From Gemmatimonadota bacterium (GTDB taxonomy: Bacteria > 4572-55 > J002), in contig RFFQ01000057.1 of assembly GCA_003697105.1 (NCBI GenBank), forward strand, positions 1-48,309: 48,309 nt of DNA, in the 5' to 3' direction. The notes beneath the pieces were generated by a model, which ran no database searches, was not told the DNA's origin, and was given only the letters and a program-made list of their open reading frames with translations. This document shows, in pieces, positions 19,355 through 27,738 of the stretch; position 1 is the first letter of the stretch; each line of letters opens with the position of its first letter. The translations under genes were made by a program, and so were the position numbers.

Positions 19355-20014
19355 ATGACCAAAACGGATGTGTACGCTGTATCGAACTTACCAACGCGGT
19401 ATGGTGACTTCAAGATTTACATTTTTCATAACAATCGAGATTCAAAGGAACACCTTGCTATTGTCAACGGCTCCGTTACGCATAAAGAAGCGGTGCCGGC
19501 GCGGATTCATTCCGAATGTCTGACTGGCGAAGTGTTCGGCTCGCTAAAATGTGACTGCGCGGCTCAGTTGGAATGGGCATTGAAGTATATTGCCCAGCAA
19601 GCGTGCGGAATTTTGCTATATTTGCGGCAGGAAGGGCGTGGTATCGGGCTGGGTAACAAAATCCGAGCTTATGCCCTGCAAGAAGAAGGGTTGGATACCA
19701 TCGAAGCCAATCATCAACTTGGCTTTTCTGATGACCTGCGGGAATATGATATAGCGGCAGCGATGTTGAAATCATTGAAGGTTCGCTCGGTGAAGTTGAT
19801 CACCAATAACCCTCATAAAATCAGCTCATTAGGAGATTACGGGATCCCGGTTATTGAGCGGATTCCGGTTGTTATTGAACCTTCTGAATATAATCGAGAG
19901 TATCTCAAAACCAAAATGGAAAAAGCGGGACATTTAATCGACCCGGCGATCTTTATCAAGTCTGCCCATATACCGGATAATGGTAACCCCCCAATTCCAG
20001 AATCCACCACATAA
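19355..20014 (+). CDS. ribA: GTP cyclohydrolase II
   Basis: RIHSECLTGEVFGSLKCDC; QEGRGIGLGNKIRAY; LITNNP; YLKTK. Confidence 0.96.
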   Translation: MTKTDVYAVSNLPTRYGDFKIYIFHNNRDSKEHLAIVNGSVTHKEAVPARIHSECLTGEVFGSLKCDCAAQLEWALKYIAQQACGILLYLRQEGRGIGLGNKIRAYALQEEGLDTIEANHQLGFSDDLREYDIAAAMLKSLKVRSVKLITNNPHKISSLGDYGIPVIERIPVVIEPSEYNREYLKTKMEKAGHLIDPAIFIKSAHIPDNGNPPIPESTT

Positions 20015-20022
20015 GCTTCTGT

Positions 20023-20058
20023 AAACCCGGCGCTACTGAGTCACCGGGTTTTATTTTT
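20023..20058 (+). terminator. Intrinsic terminator after ribA
   Basis: AAACCCGG...CCGGGTTT followed by TATTTTT. Confidence 0.75.
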
Positions 20059-20082
20059 CTCCGTTATCTCCCCAAAATATCC

Positions 20083-20111
20083 TTGAAAGTGGCTTCATTT
20101 TTTGATACAAT
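20083..20111 (+). promoter_or_regulatory. sigma70-type promoter
   Basis: TTGAAA-17 nt-TACAAT with extended -10 TG. Confidence 0.6.
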
Positions 20112-20156
20112 GCCCCCGTAAGTAGGTCTCCCTTTCTTTCAAGTATAGGATGGATT

Positions 20157-20528
20157 ATGGCAAGAATACTGATAATTGAAGATGAGGCACACACTGCCGA
20201 AATTTATCAGGAAGTCCTGGAGCCACTTGGGCATGAAGTGGTATGGGCAGAGTTGGGCAAAGTAGCACAGCAAGAAATTCAGAAGACACATTTTGATTGC
20301 ATCATTTTGGATGCGGGATTGCCCGATGTGGATGGTTTCCAACTCGTGGAAGAAATCCATGCGGTTCGCTCTGATTTACCCATTATTATGGTAACGGGTT
20401 TTCAGATTGCAGAACAGTTGATTCAATTAACCCAACCGGACATTTTCCAGTATCTTCGCAAGCCCTTCGAGTTGGAAAAACTGGTCAGTCTGGTGGATGA
20501 TGCGCTCAAACAGAGCCCGACTTCATAA
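20157..20528 (+). CDS. Single-domain response regulator (receiver)
   Basis: ILIIEDE; IILDAGLPDVDG; IIMVTG; YLRKPF. Confidence 0.92.
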   Translation: MARILIIEDEAHTAEIYQEVLEPLGHEVVWAELGKVAQQEIQKTHFDCIILDAGLPDVDGFQLVEEIHAVRSDLPIIMVTGFQIAEQLIQLTQPDIFQYLRKPFELEKLVSLVDDALKQSPTS

Positions 20529-20566
20529 AAAACGGTACACGGAAGAGACTCGCGTGTACCGTTTTT
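20528..20566. terminator. Bidirectional intrinsic terminator between convergent genes
   Basis: AAAAACGGTACACG / CGTGTACCGTTTTT perfect stem with A/T tails. Confidence 0.85.
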
Positions 20567-20601
20567 GCGTTGGTTGGCAATAAGTGCTTGTAGGACATGC
20601 T

Positions 20602-21123
20602 TTACTCGGTGTCCCGTGGGGGTTGCCAACCCCTACCGTGCGGTCCGGGACCATGGGGGGCACCCCAACCGGGACCATGTGGCCCCAACCCGTGCCGCCC
20701 ACGACGGGGACGATCCGCACGCATTTGATCCCATTTCTCCAGTTGTTCTGGGGTTAAAATCGTCTTCATCTCAATCCGAAACCCAACATCTAACTTCCGA
20801 ATTTCGGTCTGGAAATTCCCGATCTCTTCCACTTTTTTCAACGCTGCCGTTTTGTTGGGTTTATCTGCCACCATCAGCTCTTCCAGTTCTAAGCGAGCTA
20901 CTTCGATTTGTGACCGGAGTTCAATTTCCTGCTTTTGATGATCAACCATCAAATCCCGCAGGTTTGCCACCTGCTCCTCGCTTAAATCCAGCTCACCTTT
21001 CATCATTTCCAGCATTTTAAGCCCGCCGGGACGGTGCCCCCGCATACCCCCGAAAGCAAACGCACTGTTTACCAATGTCAGGGAAAGTAGCACAACCATT
21101 GTGCTCAGAATGACACGTTTCAT
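20602..21123 (-). CDS. Spy/CpxP-like (LTxxQ) periplasmic protein
   Basis: Signal peptide; LDLSEEQ and ILTPEQ motifs; AGGAGG RBS; Gly/Pro/His-rich tail. Confidence 0.85.
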   Translation of the reverse strand: MKRVILSTMVVLLSLTLVNSAFAFGGMRGHRPGGLKMLEMMKGELDLSEEQVANLRDLMVDHQKQEIELRSQIEVARLELEELMVADKPNKTAALKKVEEIGNFQTEIRKLDVGFRIEMKTILTPEQLEKWDQMRADRPRRGRHGLGPHGPGWGAPHGPGPHGRGWQPPRDTE

Positions 21124-21198
21124 GGTACAACCTCCTGTAATATAATGAAAAAAGATAAAAAATTAAAAAATGAATGGATTGGTGTTGCGTGTAAGAGT

Positions 21199-21226
21199 TT
21201 TGACCCGTTGTATCGCGCAAAGTTTA
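21199..21226 (-). promoter_or_regulatory. Candidate ECF (sigmaE-like) promoter for the Spy/CpxP gene
   Basis: Minus strand TAAACTT-16 nt-TCAAA, compared with the E. coli sigmaE consensus GGAACTT-16-TCAAA. Confidence 0.45.
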
Positions 21227-21231
21227 AAGGA

Positions 21232-21265
21232 AAACCCCGTCAATTTGTTAAAATCGACGGGGTTT
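21232..21265 (-). terminator. Intrinsic terminator after the OmpA-family gene
   Basis: Minus strand AAACCCCGTCGA...TTGACGGGGTTT followed by TCCTTT. Confidence 0.75.
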
Positions 21266-21290
21266 CATTGTACTCGGCAAGATGCCAAAT

Positions 21291-23366
21291 TTAGCGGCTA
21301 ACCACCTCGCTTTTGATGCCCATGGCTTGCAATTTTTGTAACATGGCTTGTGCCTGAACTTCTGTTGAAAAGCCACTGACCAGCACCCGGTGCCAGAGTT
21401 GATTATTTGCCAGTACCGTGACCAAATATGCCGGAAAGCCATTTGCTCGCAATTCAGCCACCTGTTGGCGAGCTTCTATTTCGTTGGTATAAACGCCGGT
21501 TTGGATGGTATAAGGCAGATTTAACACTTGGGCATAATCCACATCTAGCACGGATTTAAACAATGCTTTGTGACGGTCTGCGGACTCGTAGGTAGTAAAA
21601 TCTCCGACACAGACCCGGTACCACGTACCGGATTCGGGCACATCAACTTGCATCCAAAACGCAGGATAACCGGTTGTTTCCAACGTTTTAATATCTTGCA
21701 ATGTTTTCAGAGGCGATTTATACGAGGTGAGATGAACACAGTAGGGACTTAACCCCGTAGGTAGGTTGCGGTAGGGCAAATCTTTAACGGTTGCCGGCGT
21801 AATGGCTCGTAGCTCAATACGGGTATTTTCCAGACGCCCATCGGCGGTTTTGTTCGTGGCAATGGGGTAGATTGAGGCATAACCAACTGCCACTAGCCGG
21901 TCGGCTGAAATGTTTCGCTTGACCAATTCATTGAGGACTACTTCTGCGCGACGTTGGGAGAGGGCACGATTGGTCTCTATCTCACCAAGATTATCGGTAT
22001 GTCCTTGAATTTCATAACGCATCGGGTCTGTCTGCGCTAATGTTCTTGCTAATTGATCCAATTCGGCGTAGGAAGATGGCATTAATTCCGCCGTGTTTGT
22101 TTTAAACTGAATGGTGGTGAGGATCACCGGTACATCCTCAACGGTATTCAAGCGGGGCATGGTACTCCCCAAACGGGGCGTTGTGGGGGTCGCGGGTGCC
22201 GTTTTGGGCTTTACACGAGCTGATGGGGGGCAACCATCCGCCGAACCGGCACCGGCTTGGTTGGGACATTTGTCCTCTACATCGGCGATACCATCTTGAT
22301 CATTATCCACATCCGGGCAACCGTCACCATCTTCAAAACCGTCCCAATCTTCTGCTTGTAAGGGGCACTGATCAGCAGAGTCCACAATGCGATCTCGATC
22401 ATTATCCCGATCCGGGCAACCATCTTCATCTTCATACCCATCTTTATCTTCTGCATCGTTGGGACACGGATCATCCCGATCCATCAAACCATCTCCATCC
22501 GTATCACTAAACCATCCGGCCAACGATGGTTTGGTAAAGGAAATACCCAGCAGTATATTCCAAGCGGGGGTTTCATCCGTGAGTGCCATATCGAATCCAA
22601 CATCAACCGTCGTGGATTCGTTAAAAATGTAGCGAACGCCGGGGGTAAATCGGACAAAATTGTAATTGTCGGCAGGGGACTCACTATCTGCCAGCGGAGA
22701 TTCTCCGCTCAGTTGCGCCGCAAGGGTGATTTGACGGCTTAGGGGATAATCAAAACTACTTCCCCAATGAAACATGTTGGGGCGATTAATGCCATTATCG
22801 CTATCACTTGCCAATGTCATTCCCATCTGACCGTGTGCTTGCCAGCGGCTGAAACGGTACGTTCCGGTGAGTAGGAGTCCTAAATCCTGTGCACCCGTGC
22901 CGGTCAAATTGGCACCGTAAATCGTGGCGAGACTCGCATCTTCACCAATGGTGTTGTAATAAGCGAGGAGACTCACGTCATGACGCTCAGAGGAAAGAGG
23001 TCGTAGATTCAATTTCGCGGATATCCGGAGGTTCCCCAAACCGGTACGCGAGGAATCCGCTGAGGCGAGCCGGTGGATTGCCGCATGTCCGGCTACATCC
23101 AGATAATCCAGAACACCGTATGTTATACCCAAATGCCCGGTCCAATATTTTTCTTGAGATAATGGACTTAGATCCTCATCGGCGGTATATTCACTATGAA
23201 AGTTAAAATTGAAACGTCCCTGTTCCAGGGTTTCTCCAGATGAAACATGCAAGAAGCCCCGTTGACCGAACATTCCGACATCTGCGCTGGCTTCGGGAAC
23301 ACCGCGGCTCATCATTCCCAATAAACTCCACACAAACAGAATGAAGACTGAACGATGCGTAAACAT
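21291..23366 (-). CDS. OmpA-family outer-membrane protein: beta-barrel + TSP3 Ca-binding repeats + OmpA_C + two SPOR domains
   Basis: Signal peptide; amphipathic strands; DxDGDG..D.CP repeats (22226-22505); IQGHTDNLG...LSQRRA...GRLENTRIE; two SPOR-like segments (WYRVCVGDF, WHRVLVSGF). Confidence 0.88.
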   Translation of the reverse strand: MFTHRSVFILFVWSLLGMMSRGVPEASADVGMFGQRGFLHVSSGETLEQGRFNFNFHSEYTADEDLSPLSQEKYWTGHLGITYGVLDYLDVAGHAAIHRLASADSSRTGLGNLRISAKLNLRPLSSERHDVSLLAYYNTIGEDASLATIYGANLTGTGAQDLGLLLTGTYRFSRWQAHGQMGMTLASDSDNGINRPNMFHWGSSFDYPLSRQITLAAQLSGESPLADSESPADNYNFVRFTPGVRYIFNESTTVDVGFDMALTDETPAWNILLGISFTKPSLAGWFSDTDGDGLMDRDDPCPNDAEDKDGYEDEDGCPDRDNDRDRIVDSADQCPLQAEDWDGFEDGDGCPDVDNDQDGIADVEDKCPNQAGAGSADGCPPSARVKPKTAPATPTTPRLGSTMPRLNTVEDVPVILTTIQFKTNTAELMPSSYAELDQLARTLAQTDPMRYEIQGHTDNLGEIETNRALSQRRAEVVLNELVKRNISADRLVAVGYASIYPIATNKTADGRLENTRIELRAITPATVKDLPYRNLPTGLSPYCVHLTSYKSPLKTLQDIKTLETTGYPAFWMQVDVPESGTWYRVCVGDFTTYESADRHKALFKSVLDVDYAQVLNLPYTIQTGVYTNEIEARQQVAELRANGFPAYLVTVLANNQLWHRVLVSGFSTEVQAQAMLQKLQAMGIKSEVVSR

Positions 23367-23420
23367 AATGGAATCTCCCCATATTCGATACGGCGAATAA
23401 TGTTTAATGTAATTTATAAG

Positions 23421-23449
23421 ATAATAGCAGATTTTGCTAAATGTGTCAA
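23421..23449 (-). promoter_or_regulatory. sigma70-type promoter for the OmpA-family gene
   Basis: Minus strand TTGACA-17 nt-TATTAT with extended -10 TG. Confidence 0.7.
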
Positions 23450-23501
23450 TAAGTTATAGCAGGTAAAAAAGAGAGATTCAGGCGGAAAGTTGAAGCGGGT
23501 A

Positions 23502-24839
23502 TTAGGGATTCAAGATGCAGTGGGTGCAATTGAGGCGAAAGCACGTTTGTTTATAAACGTAAATCAACCCTTGTTCACGTTTGGCAGAGCGGAACTCACG
23601 AGGGTCGGCGTGGGTTTGATCTAATTGGTAGTGTACAATATGATTTTTGCCTAAGGAAGGATGGTGTTGGTAAAGCCATTCTAGCGTGTCTTGCCGGGCA
23701 CGGTCTCCATTGACTTGTGCCCACGCGGACAAAATGGGAAGAAAAATATTGATGATCAATACCCGTTGGCGCTGTTTGCCGATGAGGTGTTGTACCGGCG
23801 TGTGCCGCTTGCCATAAAACGTATAGTGGGTTGTCCAATAATCCTCTTTGGGAACGGCAAAGAAATCGTTTAAGTGCCGGTGTAAATCTGCCAATGCCGC
23901 GCGGCCGGGAGTGATGGTATCAAAAATATGTTGTATTGTTACAAACAGATCGCATGACCGGTGCCGGTCGAGTAGATGTGCCATTGCACCCAACCGCACT
24001 GTAGGGTAGTTGGAAGGTCGCATACTGCCGAATTGCCAGAACTCCCGTTCCAAAGGGGTGGTCGGATGGTGTTGGCGCAGTTGATTCCATCGTTCATATA
24101 ATATATTTACATACGGTTGACCGTCGTCCTCATGCGTTGAATCCGGTGGGGGTAACAATCCGGCAGTGCCAAAAAGGAGTGCTTGGACATCCAACGCATC
24201 TTTGCAACACCGCCGGATGACCTTCAATGGAACTTGTTGCGCCAGTTCCATGAATTGCCAGCGATTCTTAGCATAGCCCAATCCCTCCATGATCCCTTCA
24301 TATAGCACATCTTCCCACGTTAATACCCCGATTCGGCGCAGAAAGGTTTGCACTTTGACCTGCCAGCGTTTTTCACCCGCTGTATCAATGATGGCTGCCA
24401 ACCGATCCGGGTCCAAAGACCGGCAGGGAAATGTGGTGGGTGATTCGTATTCGAGGATAGAAATTAACTTACCGAGCGGTTCGGAGAGAAAATCACTCAA
24501 TACCAGTGTGGAAAGAATTCGCCCATCTTGGCGACGCAGATCGGGGACATAATCGTCATCCCACAAGACCACGTGCAGAATGACCCGGTTGTAGCGGGGG
24601 TCTTGATCGTGTTGGTGTTCCTGCCACGCGTATGGGGTCAAGTGGATTTCCACATCACCGGTGACCTCCACCTGACCGATCCGTAGTTCGGCATCTAAAA
24701 AATCGGGTCCGTCATCACTATTCCATCTGCCGGGAAATTGAACGTGCACCTTTCGCCCATTGGTTAGGCGCAACTCATCCAGACGGAGCAATTGATGTTG
24801 CCAAATCTTTTGGACAAATGTTTCCGGGTAATTAGTCAA
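23502..24839 (-). CDS. DUF2851-family protein
   Basis: PGRWNSDDGPDF...GDVEIH...W..HQHDQDPRYNRVILHVV; RPSNYPTVRL; C-terminal C....C..C. Confidence 0.85.
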   Translation of the reverse strand: MTNYPETFVQKIWQHQLLRLDELRLTNGRKVHVQFPGRWNSDDGPDFLDAELRIGQVEVTGDVEIHLTPYAWQEHQHDQDPRYNRVILHVVLWDDDYVPDLRRQDGRILSTLVLSDFLSEPLGKLISILEYESPTTFPCRSLDPDRLAAIIDTAGEKRWQVKVQTFLRRIGVLTWEDVLYEGIMEGLGYAKNRWQFMELAQQVPLKVIRRCCKDALDVQALLFGTAGLLPPPDSTHEDDGQPYVNILYERWNQLRQHHPTTPLEREFWQFGSMRPSNYPTVRLGAMAHLLDRHRSCDLFVTIQHIFDTITPGRAALADLHRHLNDFFAVPKEDYWTTHYTFYGKRHTPVQHLIGKQRQRVLIINIFLPILSAWAQVNGDRARQDTLEWLYQHHPSLGKNHIVHYQLDQTHADPREFRSAKREQGLIYVYKQTCFRLNCTHCILNP

Positions 24840-25812
24840 GGTCTAACTCCGAGGAATCTCCTAAATTGAGGCGGTGAAACGTTCCTTTAACCACGGCGTG
24901 ATCCCCAACCAAGGACTCCGTGAGTAACATCCGTATTACCGAAGCGTGATCGCTGATAATGCTGTTTTGGATGATCGAATGGTCAATGGTTACCCCTTTT
25001 GCAATGGTGACATACGGTCCAATGACGGAATCTTTAATCTGTACGGAGTTGTGAATCCATACCGGCGGAATAATGCTGGAATTATCCAACGCCGGCGACT
25101 TGGTACCCGTGCGTGCCAGCAGGTCGCGGTTGGTTTGGAGCAAGGTTTCCGGTTTACCACAATCATACCACCCCTCTACCGGGAACGCTGTCATTTGTTC
25201 CCCATTTTGGAGCATCAGATTGAGGGCATCCGTTAGCTGGTACTCCCCTTTGGTGCGGATATTTTTTTCCATGAGTTCTTTCAAGCAACTAAAAAGTAAC
25301 CCGGAATTTTTCAGATAATAAATGCCCACAATTGCTTGATGACTGACCGGTTTTTCCGGTTTTTCCACTAAACTTTCAATAAAACCGTTATTTTCCAGCA
25401 CAACGCCAAACCGGCGGGGGTCCTCCACATATTTGACTCCGATAGAACTATAGTTGCCATTGATGACCGGACCCAGAGCGACATCAAAAATGGTATCCCC
25501 AAGTACGATCAGGGAAGCTTCATCCGGTTGTACAAATTCATGGGCAAGGTAGATGGCATGACCGAGACCGAGCAACTCTTCCTGAAAGACAACATCTACA
25601 TGAAAGTCGTAATTGTTCTTGACATAATTGATGATTTTTTCACCCAAATAGCCCACAACTAAAATTACGTCGTGGATACCAACCGCTTTTAATTCATCAA
25701 GGATATGGGCGAGCATTGGTTTGCCTGCCACTTGAATCAACACTTTTGGCAGTGTGTGCGTATGAGGTTTTAAACGGGTGCCCATACCGGCAACCGGAAT
25801 GATGGCTTTCAT
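24832..25812 (-). CDS. Sugar-phosphate nucleotidyltransferase (long-form glucose-1-phosphate thymidylyltransferase-like)
   Basis: MKAIIPVAGMGTRLKP...PK; VEKPE; GEYQLTDA; WYDCGK; C-terminal left-handed beta-helix. Confidence 0.9.
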   Translation of the reverse strand: MKAIIPVAGMGTRLKPHTHTLPKVLIQVAGKPMLAHILDELKAVGIHDVILVVGYLGEKIINYVKNNYDFHVDVVFQEELLGLGHAIYLAHEFVQPDEASLIVLGDTIFDVALGPVINGNYSSIGVKYVEDPRRFGVVLENNGFIESLVEKPEKPVSHQAIVGIYYLKNSGLLFSCLKELMEKNIRTKGEYQLTDALNLMLQNGEQMTAFPVEGWYDCGKPETLLQTNRDLLARTGTKSPALDNSSIIPPVWIHNSVQIKDSVIGPYVTIAKGVTIDHSIIQNSIISDHASVIRMLLTESLVGDHAVVKGTFHRLNLGDSSELDLD

Positions 25813-25821
25813 AATCGAACC

Positions 25822-27573
25822 TTATTTGAAGGGTAAAAGTACTTTTTTTCCGAAGGTTTCATTGAGTTTTTCCCGGATAGCGCTCGCCGTGGGGAGTTCC
25901 AGAATATCTTCCATGAGTCTCCAAGCGTCGATAAAGGAGATTAACCGGATCGTGCGCTTGATCAGCGGTATGGTGAATGGGCTGACACTCAGTTCGTCCA
26001 CGTCCAACCCCCTTAGCGCGATAGCGGCTAGCGGATCACTGGCCATTTCCCCACACACACCGACCCAAATACCATGTTTATGGGCATTATGAACCACCCG
26101 CCGAATCAGGCGCAGTACTGCTGGATGCAACGGAGCGTACATGTACGCGATCCGTTCGTTGCGGCGATCCACCGAAAGGGTGTATTGAATCAGATCGTTG
26201 GTACCGATGCTGAAGAAATCAACTTCTGTTGCTAATTGGTCGGAGATGAGCGCCGCTGAGGGGACTTCGATCATCACCCCAATTTCAATGGAATCATTCA
26301 CCGGAATACCTTCTTGTTGTAATTCCTCCCGAATCTCCTGAATCAATGCTTTTGCTTGTTGGACTTCTTCTATATTGGAGACCATCGGGAACATGATTCG
26401 CAACGTACCGCACGTGCTGGCACGAAGCAATGCCCGCAGTTGAGTGCGAAAAATATCCTGCCGTTGCAGGCATAGCCGGATTCCCCGGCATCCTAAATCG
26501 GGATTGAGTTCGCGAGGAAATTCCAATGGCGAGATGAATTTGTCGCCGCCTAAATCAATGGTGCGGATCGTTGCTGGATACGGGCTGATCTCACGCAAAA
26601 CCGTTGAATAGGCTTCTACTTGTTCCGCTTCTGAGGGTAAGTCTGAGCGGTTCATAAACAAAAATTCTGTCCGGTAGAGTCCCACCCCGTTTGCCCCGTA
26701 TTGCCGGGCAGCGTTGACTTCCTCGTGAAGTTCAATGTTGGCAGCCAGTTCAATGCGGTATCCGTCCGTTGTTTCCGCGGGGTATGTACGCAACGCCGCT
26801 AATCCTTCTTCAAATATTTTATATTCATTCTGTTTTTTACGATACATTTCAATTTCTTCTTCATTGGGATTAACGATCACGGTACCGGTGGTACCATCCA
26901 AAATCAGGACATTACCGGTTTGCATTTGGTGGGTCACGTTCGGAACACCCACAACCGCCGGAATGGCGAGCGCCCGAGCCAGAATTGCCGTATGGGAGGT
27001 TTGGCTCCCAATTTCGGTGATAAAACCTGTGACGTGCCGCTGCTGGGAATAGGCGGCATCAGAAGGCGAAATATCGTGTGCCACCAAAATCATCTCTTCT
27101 TCCATTTGATCCAGCGCACTGGAGTAGCGCTGTCCTTGCAGATGGGTTATCACCCGGCGTGCCACATCATACAGGTCGCTTTTGCGCTCCCGAAAAAAGG
27201 CGTTATCCATCTGCTCGAATTGGAGGAGCATCTCTTTGACTCGTTTTCCAAAGACATGCCGGATATTCAGCTTTTCTTCACGGACGATCTCGATCACTTC
27301 ATCCACCAGCATTGGGTCTTTTAAAAACTGGAGGTGCGCATCAAAAATAGAGGCGAGATCCTGCCCCAAGCCAGAATGTACCTGATCGCGGAATCGTTTC
27401 AATTCTTCTGATGAGGATTGTAACGCCCGGCGAAATTGCTTGATATTTATCTCGACTTCCGCTTCGGAAATGGACTGTGCCGGGACGGTTAACTCAGCAA
27501 CATCCAATAAAAAGGCTTTGCCGATGGTGATACCGGGTGATGCCGGTATGCCCTGAAAAGTTAAACGCTTCAT
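25822..27573 (-). CDS. ptsI: PEP-protein phosphotransferase (PTS enzyme I)
   Basis: GIPASPG; TSHTAILAR (phospho-His); GLYRTEFLF; ELNPDLGCRGIR; DFFSIGTNDLIQY; VCGEMA. Start taken at ATG 27573. Confidence 0.95.
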   Translation of the reverse strand: MKRLTFQGIPASPGITIGKAFLLDVAELTVPAQSISEAEVEINIKQFRRALQSSSEELKRFRDQVHSGLGQDLASIFDAHLQFLKDPMLVDEVIEIVREEKLNIRHVFGKRVKEMLLQFEQMDNAFFRERKSDLYDVARRVITHLQGQRYSSALDQMEEEMILVAHDISPSDAAYSQQRHVTGFITEIGSQTSHTAILARALAIPAVVGVPNVTHQMQTGNVLILDGTTGTVIVNPNEEEIEMYRKKQNEYKIFEEGLAALRTYPAETTDGYRIELAANIELHEEVNAARQYGANGVGLYRTEFLFMNRSDLPSEAEQVEAYSTVLREISPYPATIRTIDLGGDKFISPLEFPRELNPDLGCRGIRLCLQRQDIFRTQLRALLRASTCGTLRIMFPMVSNIEEVQQAKALIQEIREELQQEGIPVNDSIEIGVMIEVPSAALISDQLATEVDFFSIGTNDLIQYTLSVDRRNERIAYMYAPLHPAVLRLIRRVVHNAHKHGIWVGVCGEMASDPLAAIALRGLDVDELSVSPFTIPLIKRTIRLISFIDAWRLMEDILELPTASAIREKLNETFGKKVLLPFK

Positions 27574-27622
27574 GCTGTTTTCACACAAAAAAGGCTAAAA
27601 AAGACGTCTAAAAGGTGCGCCC

Positions 27623-27651
27623 AACATAGGAATCCGGCGCACATTCGTCAA
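27623..27651 (-). promoter_or_regulatory. sigma70-type promoter for the ptsI operon
   Basis: Minus strand TTGACG-17 nt-TATGTT. Confidence 0.55.
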
Positions 27652-27676
27652 GTTCTTTTTCGATTCCGAGTTAGAA

Positions 27677-27715
27677 CAGAAAACCCCCAACCGGAAATCG
27701 GGTTGAGGGCTTCTG
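27677..27715 (-). terminator. Intrinsic terminator after glgA
   Basis: Minus strand CAGAAGCCCTCAACC...GGTTGGGGGTTTTCTG. Confidence 0.65.
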
Positions 27716-27738
27716 GTAAAGGCTGTCCACAGAATCTC

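Noticed and set aside
20565-21020. 151-aa plus-strand ORF and other shadow ORFs (e.g. 14546-15583, 3035-3880, 45699-46337)
   Set aside because: They lie antisense to well-supported genes and show no recognisable motifs.
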